A DNA stretch of 64,000 nt from an uncultured Rickettsiales bacterium (GTDB lineage: Bacteria > Pseudomonadota > Alphaproteobacteria > Rickettsiales > CANDYO01), in NCBI GenBank assembly GCA_964550685.1, contig CAZJZY010000001.1, forward strand, positions 2,155-66,154, given 5' to 3'. The position numbers and the translations under genes are program-made. The notes beneath the pieces are model-generated. The model was given only the letters and a program-made list of their open reading frames with translations, did not search any database and was not told where the DNA came from. Positions within the stretch are counted from its first letter, which is position 1, and each line of letters starts with the position of its first letter. Below, piece by piece: positions 9,360 through 17,827 of this stretch.

Positions 9360-10676
9360 ATGAAGAAATTTCTAAAAAAAATAGCCCTTCTAAGTGTTGT
9401 TATTATAATAATTATAGCTTGTATTTCCTTCTATAAAATCTGTTATAAAAACTATTATCTTACCGTCACTGGCATAGTAGAATATGCCGATGGTATTGGC
9501 AGACAAATAATTGACCTAGAAGATCTTATTGGCGATGAAGTGGAGATGAATACTACTGCTATAGTAAATACTAAGCAGTATTTGCCTGAAAGATTTAAAG
9601 AAATTATAAAGATAAAAAATAAAAAACCTGGTTATGTTGTTTTAAATGAATATTCTCTTTCTTTTGGGTTCCAAGAAGATAAGAGAATGCAACAAATTCT
9701 ATTTGATGCAGACAAAAATAGATTAAGAAAGTCATTTAATAGGATTCCAAGAGAAGAGCAAATTTTTATTAGCTACTCAATGTTTGAGTCAGATAGAATC
9801 CCGCAGCATTGGGTATATAGAATAAATAGTGAATGGGATATGGTAGTTGTACCAGATCAAAGTTTAGTAGATGTTTATATAAATTCTGGAGTGAAAAAGC
9901 CAATTTTTGTTGTCCCATTAGGAACAAATCTAGAAACGCACTTGAATGCTCCATTAAAAAAAGAAGCTGGCAAAATATTCACCTTTGCTAATTTTTCAGC
10001 TATCGAAGAAAGAAAAAATTTAATGAAATTATTAGAGGCATATCATAAAACTTTTAATGGCAATGATAAAGTGAGATTGTTGCTTTCTTCAAGACGGGAT
10101 GGTGGTAGCTACAAAGAATTAAAAGAATATATTCTAAAAAATAACGTTCAAGGTGTGGAAATTGATATTGGCACTAAGGACAGTAGGTTTTATAATTTTG
10201 CATTTGAAAATATAGATTGTTATGTTAGCCCTTCTAAAGGAGAAGGGTTTTCGGTTATTCCAAGAGAGGCTATGGCCAGAGGTATTCCAACAATTGTTAG
10301 CGATGCTCTAGCTCAAAAAACTATTGCTAACACAGGCTTAGTTAAAGTGGTTCCTGCTAATAAACTAGTTCCTGGTTATTATTCTCATGCCGATAAATTT
10401 ATTGGCAATTACTATGACATAGAAGTGAATGATTTAGCTGAAGCAATGCTTGAGGTTTATAAAAATTATCAAAAATTTTTAGATAATGCACCGGCGGCAA
10501 GATCTTGGGCAGAGAAAGGGCAATATAAATATTTAAAAGAAGAATATATCAATATGGTCAAGCCAAAGAAAATAATTCTTGGAGATAAGAATGAAATTAC
10601 AAAAGATTATTTAATGACCAACTCAAAAGAGCTGTATAATAAATGGAAACATTTAAAGGATAAAGGATTATTATGA
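9360..10676 (+). CDS. anchored glycosyltransferase family 4 (GT-B, Glycos_transf_1 domain), paralogue 1
   Basis: EX7E-type motif SPSKGEGFSVIPREAMARGIPTIVSD. N-terminal anchor IALLSVVIIIIIACISF. Confidence 0.75.
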   Translation: MKKFLKKIALLSVVIIIIIACISFYKICYKNYYLTVTGIVEYADGIGRQIIDLEDLIGDEVEMNTTAIVNTKQYLPERFKEIIKIKNKKPGYVVLNEYSLSFGFQEDKRMQQILFDADKNRLRKSFNRIPREEQIFISYSMFESDRIPQHWVYRINSEWDMVVVPDQSLVDVYINSGVKKPIFVVPLGTNLETHLNAPLKKEAGKIFTFANFSAIEERKNLMKLLEAYHKTFNGNDKVRLLLSSRRDGGSYKELKEYILKNNVQGVEIDIGTKDSRFYNFAFENIDCYVSPSKGEGFSVIPREAMARGIPTIVSDALAQKTIANTGLVKVVPANKLVPGYYSHADKFIGNYYDIEVNDLAEAMLEVYKNYQKFLDNAPAARSWAEKGQYKYLKEEYINMVKPKKIILGDKNEITKDYLMTNSKELYNKWKHLKDKGLL

Positions 10677-11395
10677 AAAGAATTATTGTTATATTATTGC
10701 TATTATTTAGCTTGCATGCTCAAGCATTATCAGTGACCTACGCAGTTACTGTTAGTACAGAAGCTGAAGAATTGAGAAGGCTTCTAAAGCAATTATCTAA
10801 GAATTTAGATGATGAAGACAGAATTTTAATCCAAGTTGATCAAGATAATCATTCTGAAGAAGTGATACAAGTCATTAATAAATTTGGTAGTAGCATTCCA
10901 GCCAATCAATATAAAGTTATCTATTACCCTTTAAATAAAAATTTTGCTGCTTTTAAGAATAATCTTCTAAAAAATGCTGGAAATAATGGTTTTATGTTTC
11001 AGCTTGATGCGGATGAGATTCTAAGCTTTTCACTGATGCAAAATTTGAAATATTATTTAGCCCAAAATCAGGATGTAGATTTGATAATGTTGCCAAGAGC
11101 TAATTATTATATCAATATGGAAGAAGATCAAGATTTTCAAGAAATGGACAAAACTCACTCAGATGAATTAGGAAGATTCAGATATCCTGATTTGCAAGGT
11201 AGAATTATTAAATTAGGTAATAAAAAACTAAGATATAATGGCGAATTACATGAAGGTATTCTAGGAGCCAAAAAAATAGTTACTATGCCACATACTGGCA
11301 AAAACCAAAGTTGGGATCTTATTCATATAAAAACTATGAAAAAACAAAAAATATCAGATAAGCTATACAAAGAAATAGAAAAGATTGTTAAATGA
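10673..11395 (+). CDS. glycosyltransferase family 2-like protein with signal-peptide-like N-terminus
   Basis: GT-A start SVTYAVTVSTEAEELRRLLKQL and DxD-type QLDADE. N-terminus MKRIIVILLLLFSLHAQA. ATGA overlap with the upstream gene. Confidence 0.6.
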   Translation: MKRIIVILLLLFSLHAQALSVTYAVTVSTEAEELRRLLKQLSKNLDDEDRILIQVDQDNHSEEVIQVINKFGSSIPANQYKVIYYPLNKNFAAFKNNLLKNAGNNGFMFQLDADEILSFSLMQNLKYYLAQNQDVDLIMLPRANYYINMEEDQDFQEMDKTHSDELGRFRYPDLQGRIIKLGNKKLRYNGELHEGILGAKKIVTMPHTGKNQSWDLIHIKTMKKQKISDKLYKEIEKIVK

Positions 11396-11396
11396 A

Positions 11397-12710
11397 ATGA
11401 TATTTCTTTTTAGATTATTTATATTAATATTTAGCGTTGTTGGTCAGGCGCAAGAACTAGAAGAAATCTCAGCTGAGGATTTCCTTACTAAAAATCCTTC
11501 TCCAGAACGAAAAGCAATCGTAAATTTTATAGTTCATCAATTTGATAGCAAGAGAGATGTAGCTATTACTCAGACCCAATTAGATGATGTGTGGTCTAAT
11601 GTGGCAGCTAGAAATAAACTTTTTATGATTAGATTCCAAATAGTAAATCAGAAATTATATGCTGATAGTTGTTATTTAGAGCATGATCATTTTATAATGT
11701 TGCTCAGATATCTTAATAATCTTGTAAGTAAGTATAAGATTAATGATTTAGATTTTATAGTGTATTCTGGTGATGATACTAATGGAAAAGATTTACTTAG
11801 TGATATACAACAAAAATTACCAACTTTTCTTCATTCTAAAGATTATAATGATCCATTTGAAAAAGATAGATTTTTATTTCCAGATTCATACCTAATCACT
11901 CCTCATTGGAATAATTTAATTACTAGGATAGAAAATGCAAATAATCTTTATTTATGGAGCAATAAAATTGAAAAAATATTCTGGATAGGTAAAACTACAG
12001 GTAATGGAGATATGAAATATAATATGGATAATTTTGCTAAGCTGCCACGTTTGAATTTAGTAATTCTATCAAAGCTTTATCCAGACTTAATTAATGCTAG
12101 ATTTAATTCATATTATAATTTCTCTGATAATAAGAGTGGCACTGATTTAAAATTAACACTAGATCTTTTATTTGGCGGAATTTCACCAAGTGTTTCTGAA
12201 GAAAATCATTTAAAATATAAATACCTAATTTCTATTGATGGGAACACTTGTGCTTGGATGAGAGTGCCTTGGATTATGCTTTCAAATTCAGTTCTAGTTA
12301 AGCAAGAGACTTCAAAAATGGAATGGTTTTATCCTGCGATGAAACCTTATATACATTATATTCCAGTGGATGAAAGTTTAACCAACATCTTTCAAAAATT
12401 TGAATGGATGAAAGATCATGATAATGAACTAAAGGAAATATCAAATAATGCCCAGAGTTTTATTAAGAATAATTTAATGCCAGAACATATTGATGCTCAC
12501 TCTGTTATTATTTTAAATGAATATCATAACTTACATAAAGATACTAAAATAATCGCCACTCTAACTTCAGCTGATGAGTTGCTAATGAAAATAAATGCTT
12601 GGGAAGAATCCGAAGCTGAAAAGAGAATGGGGATCAGAAAATCATTAAAAATAAAGTTTAAAAAAATCTTTAAGAATATTGTTGATAAAGTGAGATCTTT
12701 ATGTTCTTAA
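11397..12710 (+). CDS. GT90 / CAP10-domain (POGLUT-like) glycosyltransferase, paralogue 1
   Basis: KYKYLISIDGNTCAWMRVPWIMLSNSVLVKQETSKMEWFYPAMKPYIHYIPV...WMKDHDNELKEISNNAQSFIKNNL matches the GT90 core remembered from eukaryotic protein O-glucosyltransferases. Signal-like N-terminus MIFLFRLFILIFSVVGQA. Confidence 0.75.
   Translation: MIFLFRLFILIFSVVGQAQELEEISAEDFLTKNPSPERKAIVNFIVHQFDSKRDVAITQTQLDDVWSNVAARNKLFMIRFQIVNQKLYADSCYLEHDHFIMLLRYLNNLVSKYKINDLDFIVYSGDDTNGKDLLSDIQQKLPTFLHSKDYNDPFEKDRFLFPDSYLITPHWNNLITRIENANNLYLWSNKIEKIFWIGKTTGNGDMKYNMDNFAKLPRLNLVILSKLYPDLINARFNSYYNFSDNKSGTDLKLTLDLLFGGISPSVSEENHLKYKYLISIDGNTCAWMRVPWIMLSNSVLVKQETSKMEWFYPAMKPYIHYIPVDESLTNIFQKFEWMKDHDNELKEISNNAQSFIKNNLMPEHIDAHSVIILNEYHNLHKDTKIIATLTSADELLMKINAWEESEAEKRMGIRKSLKIKFKKIFKNIVDKVRSLCS
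11451..11510 (+). repeat. 60-bp near-identical segment shared with 12773-12832 (N-terminal regions of GT90 paralogues 1 and 2)
   Basis: Hand alignment gives 58 of 60 positions identical (caagaactagaagaaatctcagctgagga...tccttctccagaacga), while the flanking codons are much more diverged. Confidence 0.85.
12207..12337 (+). repeat. 131-bp highly similar segment shared with 13547-13677 (catalytic cores of GT90 paralogues 1 and 2)
   Basis: Hand alignment gives about 120 of 131 positions identical, including a 38-bp perfect run (acttgtgcttggatgagagtgccttggattatgctttc). Confidence 0.8.
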
Positions 12711-14038
12711 GTAGTTTTAAATTTTATAGAACTATATTGATTCTTCTTTTGTGCTTTAATAAATTATATGCACAAGAACTAGAAGAAATCTCAGCTGAGG
12801 AATTCCTTGCTAAAAATCCTTCTCCAGAACGAGAGGAGATCATAAATTTTATAGTCCATCAATTTGATAATAAGCTGGAATCTGGCGTAACTCAAGAGCA
12901 GCTAGATAGTTTGTGGAATAATAACGAAGCTAGGCAAGAGTTTTTTATTTCTAGATTCCAAATAGTTGATAATAAGCTTTATGCCGATAGCGTTGATCTA
13001 AATTTTCCTTTTTATATAGAGTTTTTAAACTATCTACAAAAACTTTTGTACAGCTATAAAATACCAGATGTAGACTTTATTTTTCATATGAAAGATGGGA
13101 TTTTTGCTAACCAAAGTTTAAGAGAAAAATTTCTTAATATTCCGTCATTTTTAATGTCAAAAGATCTAAAAGCATTTTATGAAAATGATAGGCTATTATT
13201 ACCTGACTTATTTATGATGGGCAGTAATTGGTATGAGCTTAAAACAAGAATAGAAACTTCTAATAATATCTACCCTTGGAGTGATAAAATAAATCAAATA
13301 TTCTGGCGAGGATTTACCACTGGCAATGGAGAGATGGAATATAGCATAGATAATTTTGATAAATTTCCTCGTTTAACGTTAGTCATGTTATCCAAACTTT
13401 ACCCTGATTTAATTGATGCAAAGTTTAATAGATTTAGTTTTGATAAAAATAAAAGCGGCGAAGATTTAAGATTAGTATTAAATATTTTGTCTAATGGTGT
13501 TCCTGAGTCAGAAATTGAAAAAACACAAACAATTCCTGAAGAAGATCATTTAAAATATAAATATCTGATTTCTATTGATGGCAATACTTGTGCTTGGATG
13601 AGAGTGCCTTGGATTATGCTTTCTAATTCAGTTCTGGTTAAACAAGAAACGTCTAAGATGGAATGGTTTTATCCTGCAATAAAGCCATATGTACATTATG
13701 TCCCCGTCAATGAAAGATTAACTGACTTATTATCTCAAATTCAATGGATGAAAACTCACGATCTAGAATTAGAAAAAATATCAGCTAATGCACAAAATTT
13801 TGTTAAGAATAACTTGATGCCAGAACACATTGATGCATATAGTGTAATTATTTTGAATGAATATCATAAATTGCACAAGGGATCTAAGCTTATTCCAACC
13901 CTTCCTCCAGCAGAAGAAAGCTTCATAAAGTTAGAGGCTTTAAAAAAAAATAAATCTGAAAATAGTATGAGCATAGGGAAGAAAATTAAAAGATTTTTTA
14001 GAAAGATAAAACAAAGGTTTGAAAAATTATGCATATAA
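12701..14038 (+). CDS. GT90 / CAP10-domain glycosyltransferase, paralogue 2
   Basis: Same core as paralogue 1, with a near-identical DNA stretch. Signal-like N-terminus ending LYA/QE. Its start overlaps the upstream stop. Confidence 0.75.
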   Translation: MFLSSFKFYRTILILLLCFNKLYAQELEEISAEEFLAKNPSPEREEIINFIVHQFDNKLESGVTQEQLDSLWNNNEARQEFFISRFQIVDNKLYADSVDLNFPFYIEFLNYLQKLLYSYKIPDVDFIFHMKDGIFANQSLREKFLNIPSFLMSKDLKAFYENDRLLLPDLFMMGSNWYELKTRIETSNNIYPWSDKINQIFWRGFTTGNGEMEYSIDNFDKFPRLTLVMLSKLYPDLIDAKFNRFSFDKNKSGEDLRLVLNILSNGVPESEIEKTQTIPEEDHLKYKYLISIDGNTCAWMRVPWIMLSNSVLVKQETSKMEWFYPAIKPYVHYVPVNERLTDLLSQIQWMKTHDLELEKISANAQNFVKNNLMPEHIDAYSVIILNEYHKLHKGSKLIPTLPPAEESFIKLEALKKNKSENSMSIGKKIKRFFRKIKQRFEKLCI

Positions 14039-15303
14039 GAAAACTATTATTGTTTATATTTTTTATTCTTTGCAGTTTTGATGTATATGCATTAAAAGAT
14101 ATTTCTCCTGAGAATTTTATTGCAGAAAATTCATCATCTGAACGTAAAAATATTGTAGACTTTATTGTGCATCAATTTGATAACAAACTTGAAGATGGAG
14201 TTACTCAAGCTCAATTAGATAACATTTGGAATGACCTAAATTTAAGAAAAAATCATTCCATGGTTAGATTTCAAGTTGTTAATCAAAAGCTTTACGCTGA
14301 CACTTTTGATTTATACAATGATTGTTATGTTTATTATATTCAGAAGCTTGTTAATAAATATAAAATTAGGGATATAGATTTTATAATTTATGAAAGAGAT
14401 GGGATTAATTCAGATAAAGTACTTGGTATCCCAGCTTTTATGCCTGCTAAAAATTTAGATTCCATTCATGAAAAAGAGATATTATTATTTCCTGATCCAT
14501 ATATGGTTGTAGATTATTGGCAAAAACTGATTGAGAGAATAGAAGAAGCTAATACTAAATATCCTTGGAATAAAAAGATAAATAAATTATTTTTCAGAGG
14601 GTTTTTAACAGGAGGAAGCGATGATATAGACTCTCCCAATGTTTCACCTCGTTTAACATTATCTATATTATCAAAATTATACCCAGATTTAATTGATTCT
14701 AAGTTAACAGGTTTTCATAGGATAGTAGAATATAGTAATAATAAACATTCTATTGCGGATTTTTTGTTTGGACCAGGAACTCCGATAAACGAGCAAGAAG
14801 GCACTCTCTATAAAGCTAATCATGTAACAGAAGAAGATCATTTAAAATATAAATATATCATGTCAATTGATGGTAATACAGCCGCTTGGAGGAGAGTTCC
14901 GTGGATTATGCTTTCTAATTCAGTTTTAGTAAAACAAGAGTCTAATAAAATTCAGTGGTTCTATTCGGCCATGAAGCCATATGTTCATTATGTTCCAGTT
15001 AATGAAAGGATAACTGATATATTTTTACAGCTTGAATGGATGAAATCTCATGATGCAAAATTACAGCAAATTTCACAGAATGCTCAAAATTTTGTAAAGA
15101 ATAATTTAATGCCAGAGCATGTTGATGCCCATAGCGTTATTATTTTAAACGAATATCATAAATTACATAAAGGTGCAGAGATTATTCCTACTCTTCCGCC
15201 AGTAGAAGAGACTATAGCAAAGATTGAGGTTCTAAAGCCTAAGATGGGCAGAAAGAAGCGACTTAAAAAATTCTTTAATGATCTAAAAGATGAATTCTTA
15301 TGA
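14029..15303 (+). CDS. GT90 / CAP10-domain glycosyltransferase, paralogue 3
   Basis: KYKYIMSIDGNTAAWRRVPWIMLSNSVLVKQESNKIQWFYSAMKPYVHYVPV. Signal-like N-terminus ending VYA/LK. It overlaps both neighbouring genes. Confidence 0.75.
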   Translation: MHIRKLLLFIFFILCSFDVYALKDISPENFIAENSSSERKNIVDFIVHQFDNKLEDGVTQAQLDNIWNDLNLRKNHSMVRFQVVNQKLYADTFDLYNDCYVYYIQKLVNKYKIRDIDFIIYERDGINSDKVLGIPAFMPAKNLDSIHEKEILLFPDPYMVVDYWQKLIERIEEANTKYPWNKKINKLFFRGFLTGGSDDIDSPNVSPRLTLSILSKLYPDLIDSKLTGFHRIVEYSNNKHSIADFLFGPGTPINEQEGTLYKANHVTEEDHLKYKYIMSIDGNTAAWRRVPWIMLSNSVLVKQESNKIQWFYSAMKPYVHYVPVNERITDIFLQLEWMKSHDAKLQQISQNAQNFVKNNLMPEHVDAHSVIILNEYHKLHKGAEIIPTLPPVEETIAKIEVLKPKMGRKKRLKKFFNDLKDEFL

Positions 15304-16571
15304 AAAAGACCTTATTACTAATCTGCTCAATTATAGTTCTATTTTTTTTCTACAGAACCTTCATAAAGAATAACGATGTAACCATCTATGGAGTTATAAA
15401 CCAGGCGGACAGCATCGGTAGGCAGCCGCTTGATTTGATCAATATGCTTGATGGTGAAGTGGGTATGAACTTCATGGGCAAGGTGATTTCTACAAATGAA
15501 TTGAACTCCAAAGCTAAATCAGTGTTACAGAATTTTAACTTCAAAGTCGGTCATATATTTTTCTATGAATATGTATTTAATGTATGGGGTAATGAGGATT
15601 ATAAATTCAACCGCACAAAATATAAATTATTATCTAAAATAAATGGCTTAAAAAGATCTGAGCAAATCTGGATTGCATATTCAATGTTTGAGTCAGATAA
15701 AATTAGTCCTTTTTGGGTGGAAGAACTAAACAAAAATTATGACCTAGTGGTTTTACCTGATCCAAATTTAGTTTCTATTTATCAAATCTCAGGAGTCAAA
15801 ATTCCAATATTTGTAGTGCCATTATCTGTTAATTATGGCAAATCAATGATGTATCCTCTAAAAAGTGAAGCTCACCCCGTTTTTACCTTTGCTGATTTTG
15901 GCGCAATGATCGATCGTAAAAACACATTAAAACTTCTGCAAGCCTTTAAGGCTGCCTTCGGTAACAGAAAAGATGTGCGCTTATTGTTGAGTGCGCGTAT
16001 GAGTGAGGATTTACATAGACAAAAAATTATTGATTATATTGTTGATAACCAAATGGATAATGTTGATTATAATATTTCAGTTAAAGATAGTGAAACTTAT
16101 AATAAATTCTTTGATCAGGTTGATTGTTATATATCTTTATCTAAAGGGGAGGGGTTTGCTGTGCAACCACGCGAAGCAATGGCTAGGGGAATTCCTGTGA
16201 TTGTAAGTGATGCAATAGCTCAGAAAACTATTGCTGCTTCTGGATTAGTTAAGGTAGTAAATGCTAATGTTGCAAGACCAGCTTTTTACTATGACGGAAA
16301 AGCGATGATAGGTCATAATTTTGATGTAGAGATTGTAGATGCCGCAAATGCGATGCTTGAGGTATACAATAATTATCAGAAATATTTAGGTAATGCAGTA
16401 AAATCTAGAGAATGGGCAAGTCAATATACTTACGAAAATATTAAGCCATTATATGTTAGTTTAGTTAAGCCTAAAAAAGTTATTTTAGGTAAGGAAAATA
16501 AGGTAACTAAGGATTACTTGGAAACCACTTCAAAAGAATTATACAATAAATATATTATAAATAATAAATAG
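15300..16571 (+). CDS. anchored glycosyltransferase family 4, paralogue 2
   Basis: Colinear with 9360-10676: SLSKGEGFAVQPREAMARGIPVIVSDAIAQKTIA, and the same C-terminal tail VKPKKVILGKENKVTKDYLETTSKELYNK. ATGA overlap with the upstream gene. Confidence 0.75.
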   Translation: MKKTLLLICSIIVLFFFYRTFIKNNDVTIYGVINQADSIGRQPLDLINMLDGEVGMNFMGKVISTNELNSKAKSVLQNFNFKVGHIFFYEYVFNVWGNEDYKFNRTKYKLLSKINGLKRSEQIWIAYSMFESDKISPFWVEELNKNYDLVVLPDPNLVSIYQISGVKIPIFVVPLSVNYGKSMMYPLKSEAHPVFTFADFGAMIDRKNTLKLLQAFKAAFGNRKDVRLLLSARMSEDLHRQKIIDYIVDNQMDNVDYNISVKDSETYNKFFDQVDCYISLSKGEGFAVQPREAMARGIPVIVSDAIAQKTIAASGLVKVVNANVARPAFYYDGKAMIGHNFDVEIVDAANAMLEVYNNYQKYLGNAVKSREWASQYTYENIKPLYVSLVKPKKVILGKENKVTKDYLETTSKELYNKYIINNK

Positions 16572-16756
16572 TTGCAAAAATATCTTCTATAAATTCTTTA
16601 TATCTAATAAGTCTTAGCATTTTGGTTATATATCTATTGACATATGAATGTATAATGTATAATCAGACGGTATTCAGAATATTATATTTGTTAAGATGAA
16701 ATGTAATTTCCTGGGATTTTTAACTAATTATTACAAAATTTTGGAGTTAATAAACT

Positions 16757-17206
16757 ATGAAAAAAATATTTGCAATTGCATGTACTTTATTATTGCTTGC
16801 TGCTTGTAAAAGCTCAGCACCTGCTGGAGCTGGAAGCTGGTTAGATGGCGATAGATCTTCAACAATGGGCGACCAAACTGCTGCAGTTAACGTTGTATAT
16901 TTTGCTTTTGATAGCTCTGCTATTGATGATACTGCTAAAGCAAAGCTTCAACAACAAGCTGAAATGTGGGCTGCTTCATCTAGAAAGCCTATGTTAGTAA
17001 TCGAAGGACATTGTGATAAAATTGGTGACAGTGATTATAACTTAGCGCTTGGTGAAAGAAGAGCTTTCGCTGCTAAGAAAGAATTAGAAAAATTTGGCGT
17101 TCCTGCTGATAAAATTGAAACCATTTCTTATGGTAAAGAAAGACCAGCAGTTATGGATAATGATGCTTTAAATCGTAGATCAATAACAATCGCTACAAAG
17201 AACTAG
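16757..17206 (+). CDS. pal: peptidoglycan-associated lipoprotein Pal (OmpA-like domain)
   Basis: Lipobox LLLAAC. VYFAFDSSAI...IEGHCDKIGDSDYNLALGERRA...ISYGKERP is typical of the Pal/OmpA C-terminal domain. Confidence 0.9.
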   Translation: MKKIFAIACTLLLLAACKSSAPAGAGSWLDGDRSSTMGDQTAAVNVVYFAFDSSAIDDTAKAKLQQQAEMWAASSRKPMLVIEGHCDKIGDSDYNLALGERRAFAAKKELEKFGVPADKIETISYGKERPAVMDNDALNRRSITIATKN

Positions 17207-17227
17207 TCTAATATATTATACTAATAT

Positions 17228-17265
17228 GGCCCAGGCAGATTAGGTTTGTCTGGGCCTTTTTATTT
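17228..17265 (+). terminator. rho-independent terminator downstream of pal
   Basis: 10-bp stem ggcccaggca/tgtctgggcc with one G-U pair and a 9-nt loop, followed by tttttattt. Confidence 0.65.
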
Positions 17266-17274
17266 AAGAATGTT

Positions 17275-17757
17275 ATGCAAGAAAATAAAATAACCTGCGC
17301 AGAAATAAAATTAGTTGGGCTAAAAAAAATTAGAACAAATACTGATGCTGAATTTAATCCTCAAACTGCTAAAATTGGAGCTGCTATTGGAAAATATTTC
17401 CAAGCTGGTTATCCTGATCAAATAGAATATCGCGTAAATCCTGGTAAAACCTTTGCAGTTTATTTTGAATATGCAAGTGATTATAAAGGAGAATATAGTT
17501 ATTTTATTGGTGAAGAAGTTAGTGGGTTTGGTAAAATTGCAGAAGGTTTAGAGGCTTATGTAATTCCAGCTCAGACGTTTAATAAATATACTACAGATGC
17601 TGGAGCTATGCCAAACGTAGTAATTAAGGCTTGGCAAGAAATTTGGCAAATAGATGACAAAAATAGAAATTATCAAGCAGATTTTGAGGTTTATGATCAA
17701 AGAGCTCAAGATCCAAGTAACGCTATTATAGATATTTATATTGGTGTTACGAAATAA
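17275..17757 (+). CDS. GyrI-like / effector-binding (Cass2-type) small-molecule binding protein
   Basis: 160 aa. It begins AEIKLVGL and carries AWQEIWQ and FEVYDQRAQDP...IDIYIGV, a pattern typical of AraC-effector-binding/GyrI-like domains. Confidence 0.5.
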   Translation: MQENKITCAEIKLVGLKKIRTNTDAEFNPQTAKIGAAIGKYFQAGYPDQIEYRVNPGKTFAVYFEYASDYKGEYSYFIGEEVSGFGKIAEGLEAYVIPAQTFNKYTTDAGAMPNVVIKAWQEIWQIDDKNRNYQADFEVYDQRAQDPSNAIIDIYIGVTK

Positions 17758-17827
17758 AAGCTTACTTGTTATCATTTTTTTCTAGACAAGTGGTATATAG
17801 AGTTATATAAAATTTATATTAAATTTA

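Noticed and set aside
4832-13950. Other coding homopolymers (A9 at 4832-4840, T9 at 5772-5780, A9 at 13942-13950) in the glycan locus as phase-variation switches.
   Set aside because: Nine-mers of A or T are expected frequently at this base composition. There is no evidence of length heterogeneity, and all the current frames are intact.
15286-15303. The C-terminus ...LKDEFL of GT90 paralogue 3 looked like a KDEL-type ER-retrieval signal. The tails ...SLCS and ...KLCI of paralogues 1 and 2 looked like CaaX boxes.
   Set aside because: The terminal tetrapeptide is DEFL, not K/H-D-E-L. In the other two, the Cys is at position -2 rather than -4, so neither motif is actually satisfied.
16637-16663. 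Sigma-70-like promoter upstream of pal (ttgaca at 16637-16642, tataat at 16658-16663). A similar tataat at 22944-22949 lies upstream of miaB.
   Set aside because: The pal spacing is only 15 nt, the miaB -35 is poor, and in DNA this AT-rich TATAAT-like hexamers occur by chance. They cannot be supported without TSS data.
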